A program made the translations under genes and the position numbers. A model generated the notes under the pieces. The model did not search any database and was not told the DNA's origin. It saw nothing but the letters and a program-made list of their open reading frames with translations. Of a DNA stretch of 58,339 nt, positions 27,355-36,573 are shown piece after piece. This DNA is from a virus (taxonomy: Duplodnaviria; Caudoviricetes). Numbering within the stretch: position 1 is the stretch's first letter; every line of letters starts with the position of its first letter. The stretch is from positions 1 to 58,339 of the IMG/VR virus record IMGVR_UViG_3300017700_000657; one strand, written 5' to 3'.

Positions 27355-28533
27355 TTAATCCACAACCTCCAAGTCAGCCGCCGCGGCCTCAATGCTGATC
27401 ACGTCCGACTTAATGCTTTGCTTCGTCGGGTCAGGCTTGCCGTCCGCGCCCTTCGGGATAACCAGCCGTCCGCGCAGTTTAATGACCACGTTGGCGCCGA
27501 CCTTCCACACGTCAGGAATGGTGATCGTGGGCTGTGCCGCCGTGATGTCCGGCGAGTCAGCGCCACCGAAGTGCCAGATTTGGCCGTTGAAGTCACCTTT
27601 GACGGTCGCAGCGACACTGGCTTTTTGCACGCCACCGCGCAGCATCCGGCAGGGCTCGAACTTTACGATGGTGCAGTTGGCCGTCAGTTCTTCGTCAGCC
27701 TTGAGGAAGACGCGGGGCGTGGCGGCAGCAGCGGCAGGCGCAGGGGCGGCGGCGGGCTCTGGCGCTACCACGGGAGCGGTCTTGACCGGCTCTGGAGCCG
27801 GTTGCTTCACGGGCTCAGGCGCAGGCTCCGGCACCACGGTCGCCGGCACCTCGATTGCGGGCGCTTTGTTTTCAACCACGGCAGCGGCGCCCTTCTTGGC
27901 GCGCGGCGGCGGAGCCTGGCGTTGCGGCACAGGATCGGCAACGGGCGCAGCGGCCGGTGCGTCACCCGTGCCGGTCACGTTTACGATCTCGGCGTCCTCG
28001 GGGATTTCATCCGCGCTCGTGACGCCCAGCATCAGTTCAGGCATGTGCCGGCGAGCCCAGATGCGGGCGCCGATGTAGCACATTTGCTGATCGGGATTTT
28101 TCTGCATCTGGCCATTTTTGTTGATGGCGCAGGCTTGTGAATAGCTGAGGTCAATGGTCAGCGGCTCAGTCTTGCCGCGAAGGGTGCCGGACACCACTAA
28201 GGAGCGTTGTGCGCCGGTTCCGCTGAACGTGTAGCTAAGGCGTTTCGACAGGTTGGCGCGGGTATTGATGACGGCGGCGACCAGTTGGCCCTCATACATC
28301 AGCTTGCCGCTGATGACGCTCGTCTTGTCGGCGACGGCGAAGGGGTCCATGCCCCACTTTGCGGCCTGCATGACAACGCGCAGGCAGTCGGACGGCGAGC
28401 CTTGGAGGTGGGCCGGGATGAGCTTGGCTTTGCTCATTTGGAGGCTGAAATCGTTCGCTTCGATGAGCGTGGCGATGTTGAACAGGGAAGGCTGTTGGGC
28501 CTGATGGATGGCGAGTTGGTTATTTTCGGACAT
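27355..28533 (-). CDS. RecT-like single-strand annealing protein
   Basis: IPAHLQGSPSDC, WGMDPFAVA, YEGQL, PDQQM..., WARRHMPE; Pro/Ala linker. Confidence 0.85.
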   Translation of the reverse strand: MSENNQLAIHQAQQPSLFNIATLIEANDFSLQMSKAKLIPAHLQGSPSDCLRVVMQAAKWGMDPFAVADKTSVISGKLMYEGQLVAAVINTRANLSKRLSYTFSGTGAQRSLVVSGTLRGKTEPLTIDLSYSQACAINKNGQMQKNPDQQMCYIGARIWARRHMPELMLGVTSADEIPEDAEIVNVTGTGDAPAAAPVADPVPQRQAPPPRAKKGAAAVVENKAPAIEVPATVVPEPAPEPVKQPAPEPVKTAPVVAPEPAAAPAPAAAAATPRVFLKADEELTANCTIVKFEPCRMLRGGVQKASVAATVKGDFNGQIWHFGGADSPDITAAQPTITIPDVWKVGANVVIKLRGRLVIPKGADGKPDPTKQSIKSDVISIEAAAADLEVVD

Positions 28534-28555
28534 GGTGATATTAGTTGGCTGGCAA

Positions 28556-29212
28556 TTATTCTTCTACGTCTAACATTGTGCCCTGCGCTGCATCAGGGCT
28601 GGAAGTTGGCAGCGGGTTCATGGCAAAGTAAACAGCCGCACACCCCTTGGTGTCGGCGCTGGCGTCGTGGGCGTCTTGCAATTCAAGGCCGGTAAAGTGC
28701 CGATACGCTTCGGACAGCTTCGGCCACTTAAACTCGCCCGCGCGATACGGGCTAGGGATGCGCAGCACGTTGGTGCTGGCCTCCATCGTGCAATGCCGCT
28801 CGCAGTTCATAAACAGGAACAGGAAGTCGGCGTTTTTGAGGCGGTAGAGTTCCGAGTGGATTACGAGGCAGTCAAACGCGGCGTGGTGTGCCACTAGCAG
28901 CTTGGCGCGCTTTACGAACTGGCATAGCACGCCCAGCGCCGTGCCGATCTTGAGACCGTAGGTGTCGGCCTGCTCGGTGCTGATGCCGTGGATTGCGGTG
29001 GCGTCAGCCGGGATCGTCCAGCCCTCCGGCTTAATCAAGCAGTTGAACTCGGCGATCACTTTACGCTGCGTGTCGTAAAGGATCGCGACCAGTTGCACGA
29101 TGCGCGGCTGGTCGGGATGGTCTGGCGGGGCCTTGTGGAGCGCCTTGCCCGTGGTCTCGGTGTCCACGAACAGCCATGGGCCGGCGTGGGCAGATGATGG
29201 GGCCATGATCAT
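28556..29212 (-). CDS. DEDDh 3'-5' exonuclease (DnaQ-like)
   Basis: DTETTG, AHxxxFD and HDAxxD motifs. Confidence 0.92.
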   Translation of the reverse strand: MIMAPSSAHAGPWLFVDTETTGKALHKAPPDHPDQPRIVQLVAILYDTQRKVIAEFNCLIKPEGWTIPADATAIHGISTEQADTYGLKIGTALGVLCQFVKRAKLLVAHHAAFDCLVIHSELYRLKNADFLFLFMNCERHCTMEASTNVLRIPSPYRAGEFKWPKLSEAYRHFTGLELQDAHDASADTKGCAAVYFAMNPLPTSSPDAAQGTMLDVEE

Positions 29213-29397
29213 GCGATTGGCCGCTTGTAGGTGCCATGCACCGCAGCGTCCACGACGTGACCCTGAGACTGGGCGCCGGACTTGACGGCGGATTTGATGA
29301 GCTTAAGCGTTTTGATTCCGACGTAGCAGAAAAAGGCCACACGGCCTTTTGGATTGGCGTGCTTCTTGGCCGAAGCTGGCTTTGATTTGGCTGGCAT
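29209..29397 (-). CDS. Small basic DNA-binding-like protein
   Basis: 62 aa, Lys-rich; first gene after the motif at 29426. Confidence 0.5.
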   Translation of the reverse strand: MPAKSKPASAKKHANPKGRVAFFCYVGIKTLKLIKSAVKSGAQSQGHVVDAAVHGTYKRPIA

Positions 29398-29425
29398 GTT
29401 GCAATAGTTGAGTGATTGCGTTGTT

Positions 29426-29438
29426 CTCGTCAAGCGAG
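29426..29438 (-). promoter_or_regulatory. CTCGCTTGACGAG operator/-35 element
   Basis: One of four exact intergenic copies. Confidence 0.7.
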
Positions 29439-29556
29439 GATTTGCAATAATCTCAAAATAGTTGGCTTAAACGGTTGGTTTACTTTGGTCCGCACCGCGA
29501 GCAGGCGGCGCTGAGGGCGAGGTAAAGGATGGCGATGGAGATGGAGAGGAGGAGGA

Positions 29557-29982
29557 TCATGGTTGTTTTGTGGTTGATGGTTGTTGTTTGTCGGAGCTAG
29601 GTGTGACCGCGTTATATAAGTTCCAAACCCGCTCCCCATACTCAATGGCACCGCCACCGCTGCGGGCGCGCTGCGTAAACCCGACGAAGCCGAAGCGCCA
29701 GCATACAGCCAACGTGTAGGCGTTCACGGGATAGCCGTGGGCGCGCATGGTGCGCGATAGCCAAGCAATGTGCCTGTCGGCCACGTCGCGGGCGTAGATC
29801 GGGATACTGGCAAGGGCGTAGGTGCGCTTACTGTGGTCGCGCCATGTGCCGGGTTGGATGGCGTAGGCTCCGCCTGGGTCGGACCACTTGTGGCCCTCGA
29901 CCTGCATGATTGCTTGCAAAAAGCGGTCGTTGTCGAACGCGTCGAGCGGGGCGTGGGCGGCGGCGATTAGGGTGGTGATCAT
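29557..29982 (-). CDS. Lysozyme-fold/lytic transglycosylase-like protein
   Basis: AIMQVE (candidate catalytic Glu), GAYAI..TW, AVCWxxG, YGERVW. Confidence 0.6.
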   Translation of the reverse strand: MITTLIAAAHAPLDAFDNDRFLQAIMQVEGHKWSDPGGAYAIQPGTWRDHSKRTYALASIPIYARDVADRHIAWLSRTMRAHGYPVNAYTLAVCWRFGFVGFTQRARSGGGAIEYGERVWNLYNAVTPSSDKQQPSTTKQP

Positions 29983-30413
29983 GATTCAACCTCCATGATT
30001 CGCGGGTGAAAAATAACGAGCGCGCTCGGGAATGGCGCTGAATTGTGATGCCCGCCGAATTTAAGGCGCCCGCGAATGAAGCGAACTTCACCCTTAGCTG
30101 CGTAGTCGTGCCACCACGATGTATCTGTCCGCGACGGAACGAGACAGACCACGAGTGCGCCTGCCTGTGCCGACTCGTAAGCTTTGCGCATCCATGTCGC
30201 AATCGTGCGGCCATATGGCGGATTCATCCAGACGCGCCCGCGCCAGTCTTGCGCAAGGCCGTCGTGCTCTTTGGTGAAAAAGCGCGGCGCCTTGTGGTTG
30301 TCGGCAGTAGCGCACGCGTCCAGTTCAAACGGGCCAAACTCTTCGGCGCACTTGGCGAAAAAGTCAGGCGGCGTTGCCCACTCGTCGGAGGCGGAGGAAA
30401 AATGGACATTCAT
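29979..30413 (-). CDS. Phage DNA N6-adenine methyltransferase (Dam family)
   Basis: EWATP, LDACA, DGL, WMNPPYG, RTDTxWW and RGRLKF motifs. Confidence 0.93.
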   Translation of the reverse strand: MNVHFSSASDEWATPPDFFAKCAEEFGPFELDACATADNHKAPRFFTKEHDGLAQDWRGRVWMNPPYGRTIATWMRKAYESAQAGALVVCLVPSRTDTSWWHDYAAKGEVRFIRGRLKFGGHHNSAPFPSALVIFHPRIMEVES

Positions 30414-30595
30414 GTTGCCGCCTCCTCGATGCGCATAATCTTAGTCTGCAACACCACAGCCTCGCCAAGCGCCTGCTCCAGCACGAGCCAAGCGAATTGG
30501 TCATTGGCTTTGTTGGCGTCGTTAAGCGCGGCCCGTAGTTCGGTGACGGCAAAGCTGATGCTGTGCGCCGCCTTGGTGATGTTTTCGGTTTTCAT
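30410..30595 (-). CDS. Hypothetical protein
   Basis: 61 aa; coupled overlaps at both ends. Confidence 0.6.
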   Translation of the reverse strand: MKTENITKAAHSISFAVTELRAALNDANKANDQFAWLVLEQALGEAVVLQTKIMRIEEAAT

Positions 30596-30861
30596 GTGGT
30601 GGGCTTTTGTTCCGAGTCGTGAATATATTCCTCCAGCGTTTCGATGCGGGCTTTAGCCGTGGCCAGCGCCAGTTCGGCAGCGGCACGCTTCGCCTCGGCC
30701 TGCGCAAGCTGTGCCTCCAGCTCACTCGTGTCCGTCTCAAAAAAGACAGCCCCGCCCGCGGTGTGCTGGATATTGGTGATATTGGTTGATGACAGCGGGT
30801 GCGCGTAGATGCGCAGCAGGTCGGAATGAAGCTGTGACAGGGTGATGGTGGGTGTGCTCAT
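30592..30861 (-). CDS. Hypothetical coiled-coil protein
   Basis: 89 aa; coupled overlaps at both ends. Confidence 0.6.
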   Translation of the reverse strand: MSTPTITLSQLHSDLLRIYAHPLSSTNITNIQHTAGGAVFFETDTSELEAQLAQAEAKRAAAELALATAKARIETLEEYIHDSEQKPTT

Positions 30862-31352
30862 TTTGACACGAATGGATTTTTAACGACGCGGCGAAATTCT
30901 GCGGCTTGGGCTGACCGTGCGGCTGACCATGCGGCTGACCGTGCGGCTGACTCTGCGGCTGACTCTGCGGCTGACCATGCGGCTGACCGTGCGGCTGACT
31001 CTGCGGCTGACCATGCGGCTTCCAGTTCTTTGCGTGTTGCATCACCGTTCGCAAATCGCTCCGCCATGTCGCAAGCTGCAACGCTGCGTGGATCGGTGAG
31101 CAGTGCGCCCGTTGTGCGCCCATCGGCAAGCGGCGTATTACGTGCACACCAGACCATGTAAAGGCGAACGGCCTTCTCGTCGGCTTCCGCGTCAATGGCA
31201 TTTAGAATCCAGCACAGCCAATCGACGCGCGGACAGGCACGCCAGACGGCAGACATGGTTTTGTGTTTGGTGGCAAATTCGCGGCCTTCAGCGCACGCGT
31301 TGGTGACGTCGCAGAATCGGGCCGGTGATAGTTTCAGGAGGGCGGTTTTCAT
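30858..31352 (-). CDS. Hypothetical protein with AAWS/AAES/AARS repeats
   Basis: ACxEG, DWLCW, DPRS...AERFANG, then tetrapeptide repeats. Confidence 0.8.
   Translation of the reverse strand: MKTALLKLSPARFCDVTNACAEGREFATKHKTMSAVWRACPRVDWLCWILNAIDAEADEKAVRLYMVWCARNTPLADGRTTGALLTDPRSVAACDMAERFANGDATRKELEAAWSAAESAARSAAWSAAESAAESAARSAAWSAARSAQAAEFRRVVKNPFVSK
30909..31016. repeat. Coding tandem repeat, 9 x 12 bp GGCTGAC(CG/CA/TC)TGC
   Basis: Directly visible in the sequence. Confidence 0.95.
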
Positions 31353-31377
31353 GTGTTATGTTTTGCGTTATCTTGTA

Positions 31378-31647
31378 TTATTTTACTGCCGTTGCTGCTG
31401 CCGGCGTCCGCAAATGCTCCGCATAACGGAGCACGTTGGCCGGCGTCGTGTTGAGTGCGACGGCGAGCCGGTTAATGGTGTCGATTGTGGGGTTGCTGTC
31501 GCCGCGCTCGATTAGGCTGATGCAGCTCATGGCGACGCCACTGGCGGCAGAGAGGCGGTCGATTGAGATGGGGTGTGCTTTGCGGGTCGCCTTAAGGGCT
31601 AGACCGAGGGAGCGGCAGAGCGTGGGGCATGGGTGGGCGGTTTTCAT
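31378..31647 (-). CDS. XRE-family HTH regulator
   Basis: LSAASGV...ISLIERGDSNPTIDTINRLAVAL. Confidence 0.88.
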   Translation of the reverse strand: MKTAHPCPTLCRSLGLALKATRKAHPISIDRLSAASGVAMSCISLIERGDSNPTIDTINRLAVALNTTPANVLRYAEHLRTPAAATAVK

Positions 31648-31883
31648 GCGGAGGCGGTAGCTTTGGCGATGGCGGCGCGGGCAAGCAGGGTCGCGGATTC
31701 AATCTCTGTGCGCTCCGATGCGGTTGGAAGTGTGCCGATGCCGTGGCAACTGTTGCACGTTACTAGGCAGCGGTGCGCGGCCTCTAGGGCGGCGAGCAGG
31801 TCGGGCGCGGCATCAGCTAGGCGCATTGCGGCGCGTTCGGCGGCTGTTGGGCCGTAGTAGGGTGTAGAGGGCGGGTTTTTCAT
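31644..31883 (-). CDS. Hypothetical protein (AAPDLLAAL type)
   Basis: Common phage motif; ends ARAAIAKA. Confidence 0.7.
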   Translation of the reverse strand: MKNPPSTPYYGPTAAERAAMRLADAAPDLLAALEAAHRCLVTCNSCHGIGTLPTASERTEIESATLLARAAIAKATASA

Positions 31884-32062
31884 TGGTCTAAGTTTTGCCA
31901 CCAATAGGCGGCGGGTTGTTTCTGTGTGTTATTTACAGGCAATTTAGCGGGTTTGCGTGCCTTTCGGCGCCGCTTGGCTAGAATGGAACAGGCAGCGCCG
32001 TGCGTGATGCCTTGGCGCAGGGCTAGGGCGCGGGCTTTGTCGTGGAGTTGGTGCGGGGTCAT
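31880..32062 (-). CDS. Hypothetical basic protein
   Basis: 60 aa; coupled to neighbours. Confidence 0.55.
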   Translation of the reverse strand: MTPHQLHDKARALALRQGITHGAACSILAKRRRKARKPAKLPVNNTQKQPAAYWWQNLDQ

Positions 32063-32265
32063 AGCGTGGCGCGGTCCGCAAGCTCGGGGCTAATGTCGCC
32101 GTCTTTAGACAGCGCATCCAACCAATCACACCACGCGCAACGCGTGTCCGTAACGTGCATTTTCCCGCTGCCGGAATAGTTGGTGATTTTGCGGCGCGTG
32201 AGGTGCGGGAAGGTCTGCCAAAATTCGCGGCGAAGTTGGCGCTGTGTGGTAATGCGGTAGTTCAT
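32059..32265 (-). CDS. Hypothetical early protein (MNYRITTQRQLR...)
   Basis: 68 aa; DTRCAWCDWLD motif. Confidence 0.65.
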   Translation of the reverse strand: MNYRITTQRQLRREFWQTFPHLTRRKITNYSGSGKMHVTDTRCAWCDWLDALSKDGDISPELADRATL

Positions 32266-32269
32266 GGGA

Positions 32270-32779
32270 TTAAGCGCAAACGGCCAGGCCGCGGGTGTAT
32301 ACGCCGCTGATTTCATCCGTGCCGAGCTGCTCACGCGTGAGCAGGTAGAGAGCACAGCCGCGTGGGTCCGTTTGGTGATACGGGACAATTTCTTGCCCCT
32401 TTGTGGCCGGATTACTCTGGATGACCGCACCGTGAGGATCGCGCGGAACATGAACAGGAGGCGACACGCGAAAATTGCGGACCTGCACAATTGCGGCCAG
32501 CCTCCGCAACGCGCCCGCCTCACGGTCTGCAATGGGGCGCCGTGTCGTGCAGTTCTTGCCGCGCCCGTGCGTGTAGTGGTGGTGAACCATGTAGGGCTTG
32601 CCGCTGGCTTCGTCGCGCTCAATGGCCCACGATCCGTAGTCGTTTCCGTTGCCACACTCGGCCTCGGCCCAACGCTGAAGGGTCATTTCAATGCGGCGCA
32701 GTGCGGCCGATTCGTCGTAGGTGAAGCCGAGGCGTGCGAGCCTGGCGAATAGTTCAAACTTGGCTTTTTGTGTGCTCAT
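32270..32779 (-). CDS. Hypothetical early protein
   Basis: LQRWAEAECG and QTDPRGCALY motifs. Confidence 0.75.
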   Translation of the reverse strand: MSTQKAKFELFARLARLGFTYDESAALRRIEMTLQRWAEAECGNGNDYGSWAIERDEASGKPYMVHHHYTHGRGKNCTTRRPIADREAGALRRLAAIVQVRNFRVSPPVHVPRDPHGAVIQSNPATKGQEIVPYHQTDPRGCALYLLTREQLGTDEISGVYTRGLAVCA

Positions 32780-32936
32780 ATGTGTTTATCGTTTTAAGCC
32801 TGATCCGGCTGTGTTTTTGGTTGGCTAACAGGGTGCGCCCCGTGGCGCGGTTACATGGCGAGGACTAAAAGTGCGAGAACGGCCAGCATGGCCAGGAATG
32901 CGAGGGAGCCGAGGAGATCGGCGCGGGTTTGTGGGG

Positions 32937-33176
32937 TCATGTGCGAATGGTGCCGGCAAAGTCTGGCGCTGATCCATCGTCAACGGATTCGCGAAAGTGC
33001 GCGAACCCATCGGCCGCGGCGAGTTTGCGAACCTCCGCAAAGCGGGCCGGGTTTGTGCAAAGGATGTCCTCGGCCCATTCGGGCGCGTCTGTTTTTCGGC
33101 CCCATAGTATGCGCATAGCGGGAAGGGCGCGGCCAATTGGCTTATTAGGTGCGGGCTGTGCTTGTGGCGTGGTCAT
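32937..33176 (-). CDS. Hypothetical early protein
   Basis: 79 aa ORF in the cluster. Confidence 0.6.
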   Translation of the reverse strand: MTTPQAQPAPNKPIGRALPAMRILWGRKTDAPEWAEDILCTNPARFAEVRKLAAADGFAHFRESVDDGSAPDFAGTIRT

Positions 33177-33187
33177 GGGTGGAGGTG

Positions 33188-33739
33188 TTATGCGGTCACA
33201 GTGTCACGCGCTTCCCAGTAAGCGCGCTCAACGGTTTCGGCGCCGTGCTGTGCAATTAGTTCGTTGAGCATGTCGGCCGCGCACTCGCGCCAGTAGTCGC
33301 CTTTGCTTTCGACTCCACCTAAGCAATCCGTGGCAATCTCCTCGCCGTCAACGTCGTGCAGTGTGACGGATACGACGGCGTAAAACCACTCGTCATCACA
33401 CCACGATTTCAGGAATTGAAAATCCGATTCGACGGCGCGCGCCGCCTGCTCTCCCTTTGTGCCTGTCTTGTAGGGCGGAGCGTCCCAGCCGTCGCGCTTG
33501 GCAATTTCCACAGCCGCGGCAAAATCGTAAAAGCGTTTCACGTGTCGATCCGCGGAAAGGACGCGTTCTCCCGGTCGTTTGTCGCGCGCAGTCCATTCCG
33601 ACACGGGTCCGTGTCCGTCGTTTTCTTCCCATGGCGCGCCGTGGTCATCGTCGCGCTCAACGGTTACGCGCGCGGATAGGGTAGGCGAAAGGGAGAAACG
33701 TCCCTCGCGAATGTCTTGTGCTGTGAATTTGGTTTTCAT
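33188..33739 (-). CDS. Hypothetical acidic early protein
   Basis: PWEENDGHGPVS, RFYDF, WCDDEW motifs. Confidence 0.75.
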   Translation of the reverse strand: MKTKFTAQDIREGRFSLSPTLSARVTVERDDDHGAPWEENDGHGPVSEWTARDKRPGERVLSADRHVKRFYDFAAAVEIAKRDGWDAPPYKTGTKGEQAARAVESDFQFLKSWCDDEWFYAVVSVTLHDVDGEEIATDCLGGVESKGDYWRECAADMLNELIAQHGAETVERAYWEARDTVTA

Positions 33740-33746
33740 GGGTAAA

Positions 33747-33977
33747 TTATTTCTTGCCGAAAGCTGTGTTATAGTCTGCCAATATCTCCTCTTTTAGAGT
33801 GCCAAGCGTGGCGCCAGACGCTGATGCAATAAAAGCGTCGTCATAGGTGGCGATACCTTTGGCGCGAAGGATGCGCGCGATTTGAAACGCGCTTGCGCGT
33901 GAGCTGGCATCAGCGCACATCGCGCGCTGGCCGGCTGGAGTGGCGTTAAATGTGCGTTGCGAGAGTGAGGGTTTCAT
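33747..33977 (-). CDS. Hypothetical early protein
   Basis: 76 aa ORF in the cluster. Confidence 0.6.
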   Translation of the reverse strand: MKPSLSQRTFNATPAGQRAMCADASSRASAFQIARILRAKGIATYDDAFIASASGATLGTLKEEILADYNTAFGKK

Positions 33978-34028
33978 GCGTGGAAAGGGCTGTGCTGTGT
34001 TTATTGTGGCGGGTGAATTGTGCTGTGC

Positions 34029-34250
34029 TTACTCGTGCGGATCGTGCGCGCATTCGCTTAGGCAATTGTCAGACCAACACGAAGCGCGCTGTTGTGCATC
34101 GTAGGCGGCATCTAATCTGACGGCGCCGGCCGGACCGTCGCGACGGCGCTCCTCTGCTGTGATAGCGTCAACGCGCGCCCAGTTGCTTGACTCGATTGCG
34201 CGGTTATAGGCGCGCTCCAATTGGCGCCAAGTTGCGGTTGTAAGGTTCAT
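34029..34250 (-). CDS. Hypothetical early protein
   Basis: 73 aa; coupled to the upstream gene. Confidence 0.55.
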   Translation of the reverse strand: MNLTTATWRQLERAYNRAIESSNWARVDAITAEERRRDGPAGAVRLDAAYDAQQRASCWSDNCLSECAHDPHE

Positions 34251-34639
34251 TGCGGAAGGATTGCGGCGAGCGTTGCACGATATTGGCCGGCGTTGTCATA
34301 GGCGCCGCGCACCATTGGCGCGGGTTTGTGATATGCGGCCAGAATTGCCCGATAGGATTCAGAACCTATGACGTGTGCCAGCTCCTTTCCCTTGTGGTGC
34401 ACCGTCAGGTTGAGGGTGTCGAAAACGGGCCGGCGCAGAAAGTCAAAACAGACGACAGTAGAGGCGAAGTTAGTGCGATAAAAGCCGCCGTCTTTCAGTG
34501 AAGCTGTGAGAATGCCGCACGTTTCGCTGTGTTCAGTGTGAAAGGTGAAGCTGGACACTTCGCGCCAGTGGCGAAGCAACCAGCCGAGGTTTTTGACTTC
34601 GCGCGCGATGCCCGCGGAATTTTGAACGATTGTTTTCAT
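34247..34639 (-). CDS. Hypothetical early protein (MKTIVQNS...)
   Basis: VKNLGWLLRH motif; follows the CACAG-repeat leader. Confidence 0.7.
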   Translation of the reverse strand: MKTIVQNSAGIAREVKNLGWLLRHWREVSSFTFHTEHSETCGILTASLKDGGFYRTNFASTVVCFDFLRRPVFDTLNLTVHHKGKELAHVIGSESYRAILAAYHKPAPMVRGAYDNAGQYRATLAAILPQ

Positions 34640-34682
34640 GGCTGTAAATTGTGCTGTGCGTTGGCTGTGCTGTGAACTGTGC

Positions 34683-35069
34683 TTAACTGCCATAAATTTG
34701 CCCGTCATCGCCCACGTATAGGTTGAAATCGCCCCACACTTCGCTTGCCGCACTTAGGCGCATAAATACAGTCCGCAATTCGTGACTGCCTGACACTTCA
34801 TCCCAGAAGCCCGATCCGTGTCCGTTGCGGTTGAGCCAAAAGAGGAAACCCGCGCGGCTTGCCTCAATATCGGCCGAGGCTAGGTCTTCCGCGTTGTCAG
34901 CCTGAAACGCTGCGCAGTCCTCCGCCATGCGTTGCAAGGTTTCGGGTGCAATATCGGATTCGCTATAATTAGAATCAAGCGGATCACCGCCCTGTTCGTT
35001 TGAGTTGTCAGTGGAAGACCAGAGAGCTGCGCCGATGTAAGAGCGCGTAAAGGTGTCGAGTGTTTTCAT
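34683..35069 (-). CDS. Hypothetical acidic early protein
   Basis: YIGAALWSS...FWLNRNGHGSGFWD motif. Confidence 0.75.
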   Translation of the reverse strand: MKTLDTFTRSYIGAALWSSTDNSNEQGGDPLDSNYSESDIAPETLQRMAEDCAAFQADNAEDLASADIEASRAGFLFWLNRNGHGSGFWDEVSGSHELRTVFMRLSAASEVWGDFNLYVGDDGQIYGS

Positions 35070-35248
35070 GCGTTGGCCTCCGTTGCGATGTTTTCAACGC
35101 AAACGAGATTGCACGATAGGGCGCCCGCGCGCAGTTCGTCGTCGTCATTATCCCATTTGATTTTGACGAACGAGTTTTTCGAGTGCGCCATGGGTGACGC
35201 GTCGCCTAGGTTTGCGATAAATTGCCAGATCGGTTGATTCGTTTTCAT
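35066..35248 (-). CDS. Hypothetical early protein
   Basis: 60 aa; first gene of the leftward cluster. Confidence 0.5.
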   Translation of the reverse strand: MKTNQPIWQFIANLGDASPMAHSKNSFVKIKWDNDDDELRAGALSCNLVCVENIATEANA

Positions 35249-35522
35249 GTTTGGATTATGGGAAGCTGATTTCGGTTAGTTGAGTGGAGGGAAAAGTTGA
35301 GCCGATATGCGGACAATAGTTTTGCGCTCTCGTTTGGCGAGCAAAAGTTTTCGTTTTACCACTAATGACGCGCAAGCCATTGCGAACTAGCTGCTTGCAG
35401 CGCACTATTTTTTGGGCCTTTGGGTAATAGTGGGAAAATGGATACGGTTTTAGCGGGCTGGCAATTGGCTAGGAGCGGCATTGCAAGCTTGCGAGCCGAG
35501 GCGAGTTGGGCCAATGGCAGGC

Positions 35523-36062
35523 ATGAGTAACTTACTTGATATAGATGAGGAAACGGCCGCGCCGGAAAGGGACGGCAGGGCGAGAACGAGCGCGGCGAAC
35601 GGCGCCAAGGGCGGAATGCCAGCGGGCGCATACATGAAACCTCACGCCGATAAGAAAACCTACGACGCGGACCAATTGGCGAAGCAATTTGCGGATCGGC
35701 TTTTGAACGGCGGACCGTTGCCAGTGAGCCGGGCGCAAAAGCCAAACGAGGCGGACCGCGCTCACGTTGCCAGAATTACAGGGGTTACAGTGGAAGACTT
35801 TCAAGCCAAGTTTTTGCAACGGCTTATGACCATCGCGGACAAGGCAGCGAACCACATAGAAGAAAGGTTAGACGAAGGTGGGCAGCGTTTGAGCGATTTG
35901 AACATGACGCTGGCAATCTCCGTTGATAAGATGGCCGCAATCTCGGGCCGGACGGCGCAAGCTGGCAACGTATCGGTGACGGTTAACAATTACGGGGCGA
36001 TGAGTCGGGAACAGATTTTGGCCTCCTTGCACAAAGAGGAACGAAACGTCACGCCTAGTTGA
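35523..36062 (+). CDS. Putative terminase small subunit
   Basis: Helical core with a TerS-like tail (VSVTVNN...REQILASL); next to repeat-rich non-coding DNA. Confidence 0.45.
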   Translation: MSNLLDIDEETAAPERDGRARTSAANGAKGGMPAGAYMKPHADKKTYDADQLAKQFADRLLNGGPLPVSRAQKPNEADRAHVARITGVTVEDFQAKFLQRLMTIADKAANHIEERLDEGGQRLSDLNMTLAISVDKMAAISGRTAQAGNVSVTVNNYGAMSREQILASLHKEERNVTPS

Positions 36063-36183
36063 GAACTAGTCTCAACTAGGAAATGAGAACGAGTCTCAAC
36101 TAAGAAGCATAGGCTCAAACTATGGTTTGGCGCAAAGCATAGGAGCGAACTATTCGAGTTAGTTGAGAACGGGTCGCAATAAG
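36054..36183. repeat. Three TGAGAACNNGTCNCA boxes (first inside an 11-bp perfect inverted repeat) and two AAGCATAGG...AACTAT repeats
   Basis: Boxes at 36060, 36084 and 36164; repeats at 36105 and 36135. Confidence 0.8.
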
Positions 36184-36573
36184 TCTTTTCTGTGTGTAAG
36201 CTTTTTTCATGCTCCGCGCGCAACGTGCTGTGCGTTACGCGCGCCGTCCTATGCCCTTTTTAGGCGATTTGACGGCCCGCAGGTAGTGGAGTGCCCGTTT
36301 TGCGCGGAAAGGGCAGAATGGGCAGGAATTTCCTAGGGGTTTTCCGCAATTGGCGTTATCTATCGCTAACGGTCGTTAGTGAACGGCGCAAACAGGCTAG
36401 TTTTGCGACGATCCTCGCGTTTTGGGCCGAACCGGCAGAGGGCGGGGGCGGGGGCCTGGGTTTCGAGCAAAGACAGAAACGCCAATACATCCGCCCCCAT
36501 AATAAAAATTTTGCAGTAAGCCTTCCGTCCGCAAAACTCAGCCCCGTTTTTTAAAAAATAAAAAACAGTTTCA

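Noticed and set aside
30909-31016. 12-bp tandem repeat as a CRISPR array or contingency locus
   Set aside because: No spacers; the unit is a multiple of 3 and encodes AAWS/AAES/AARS repeats.
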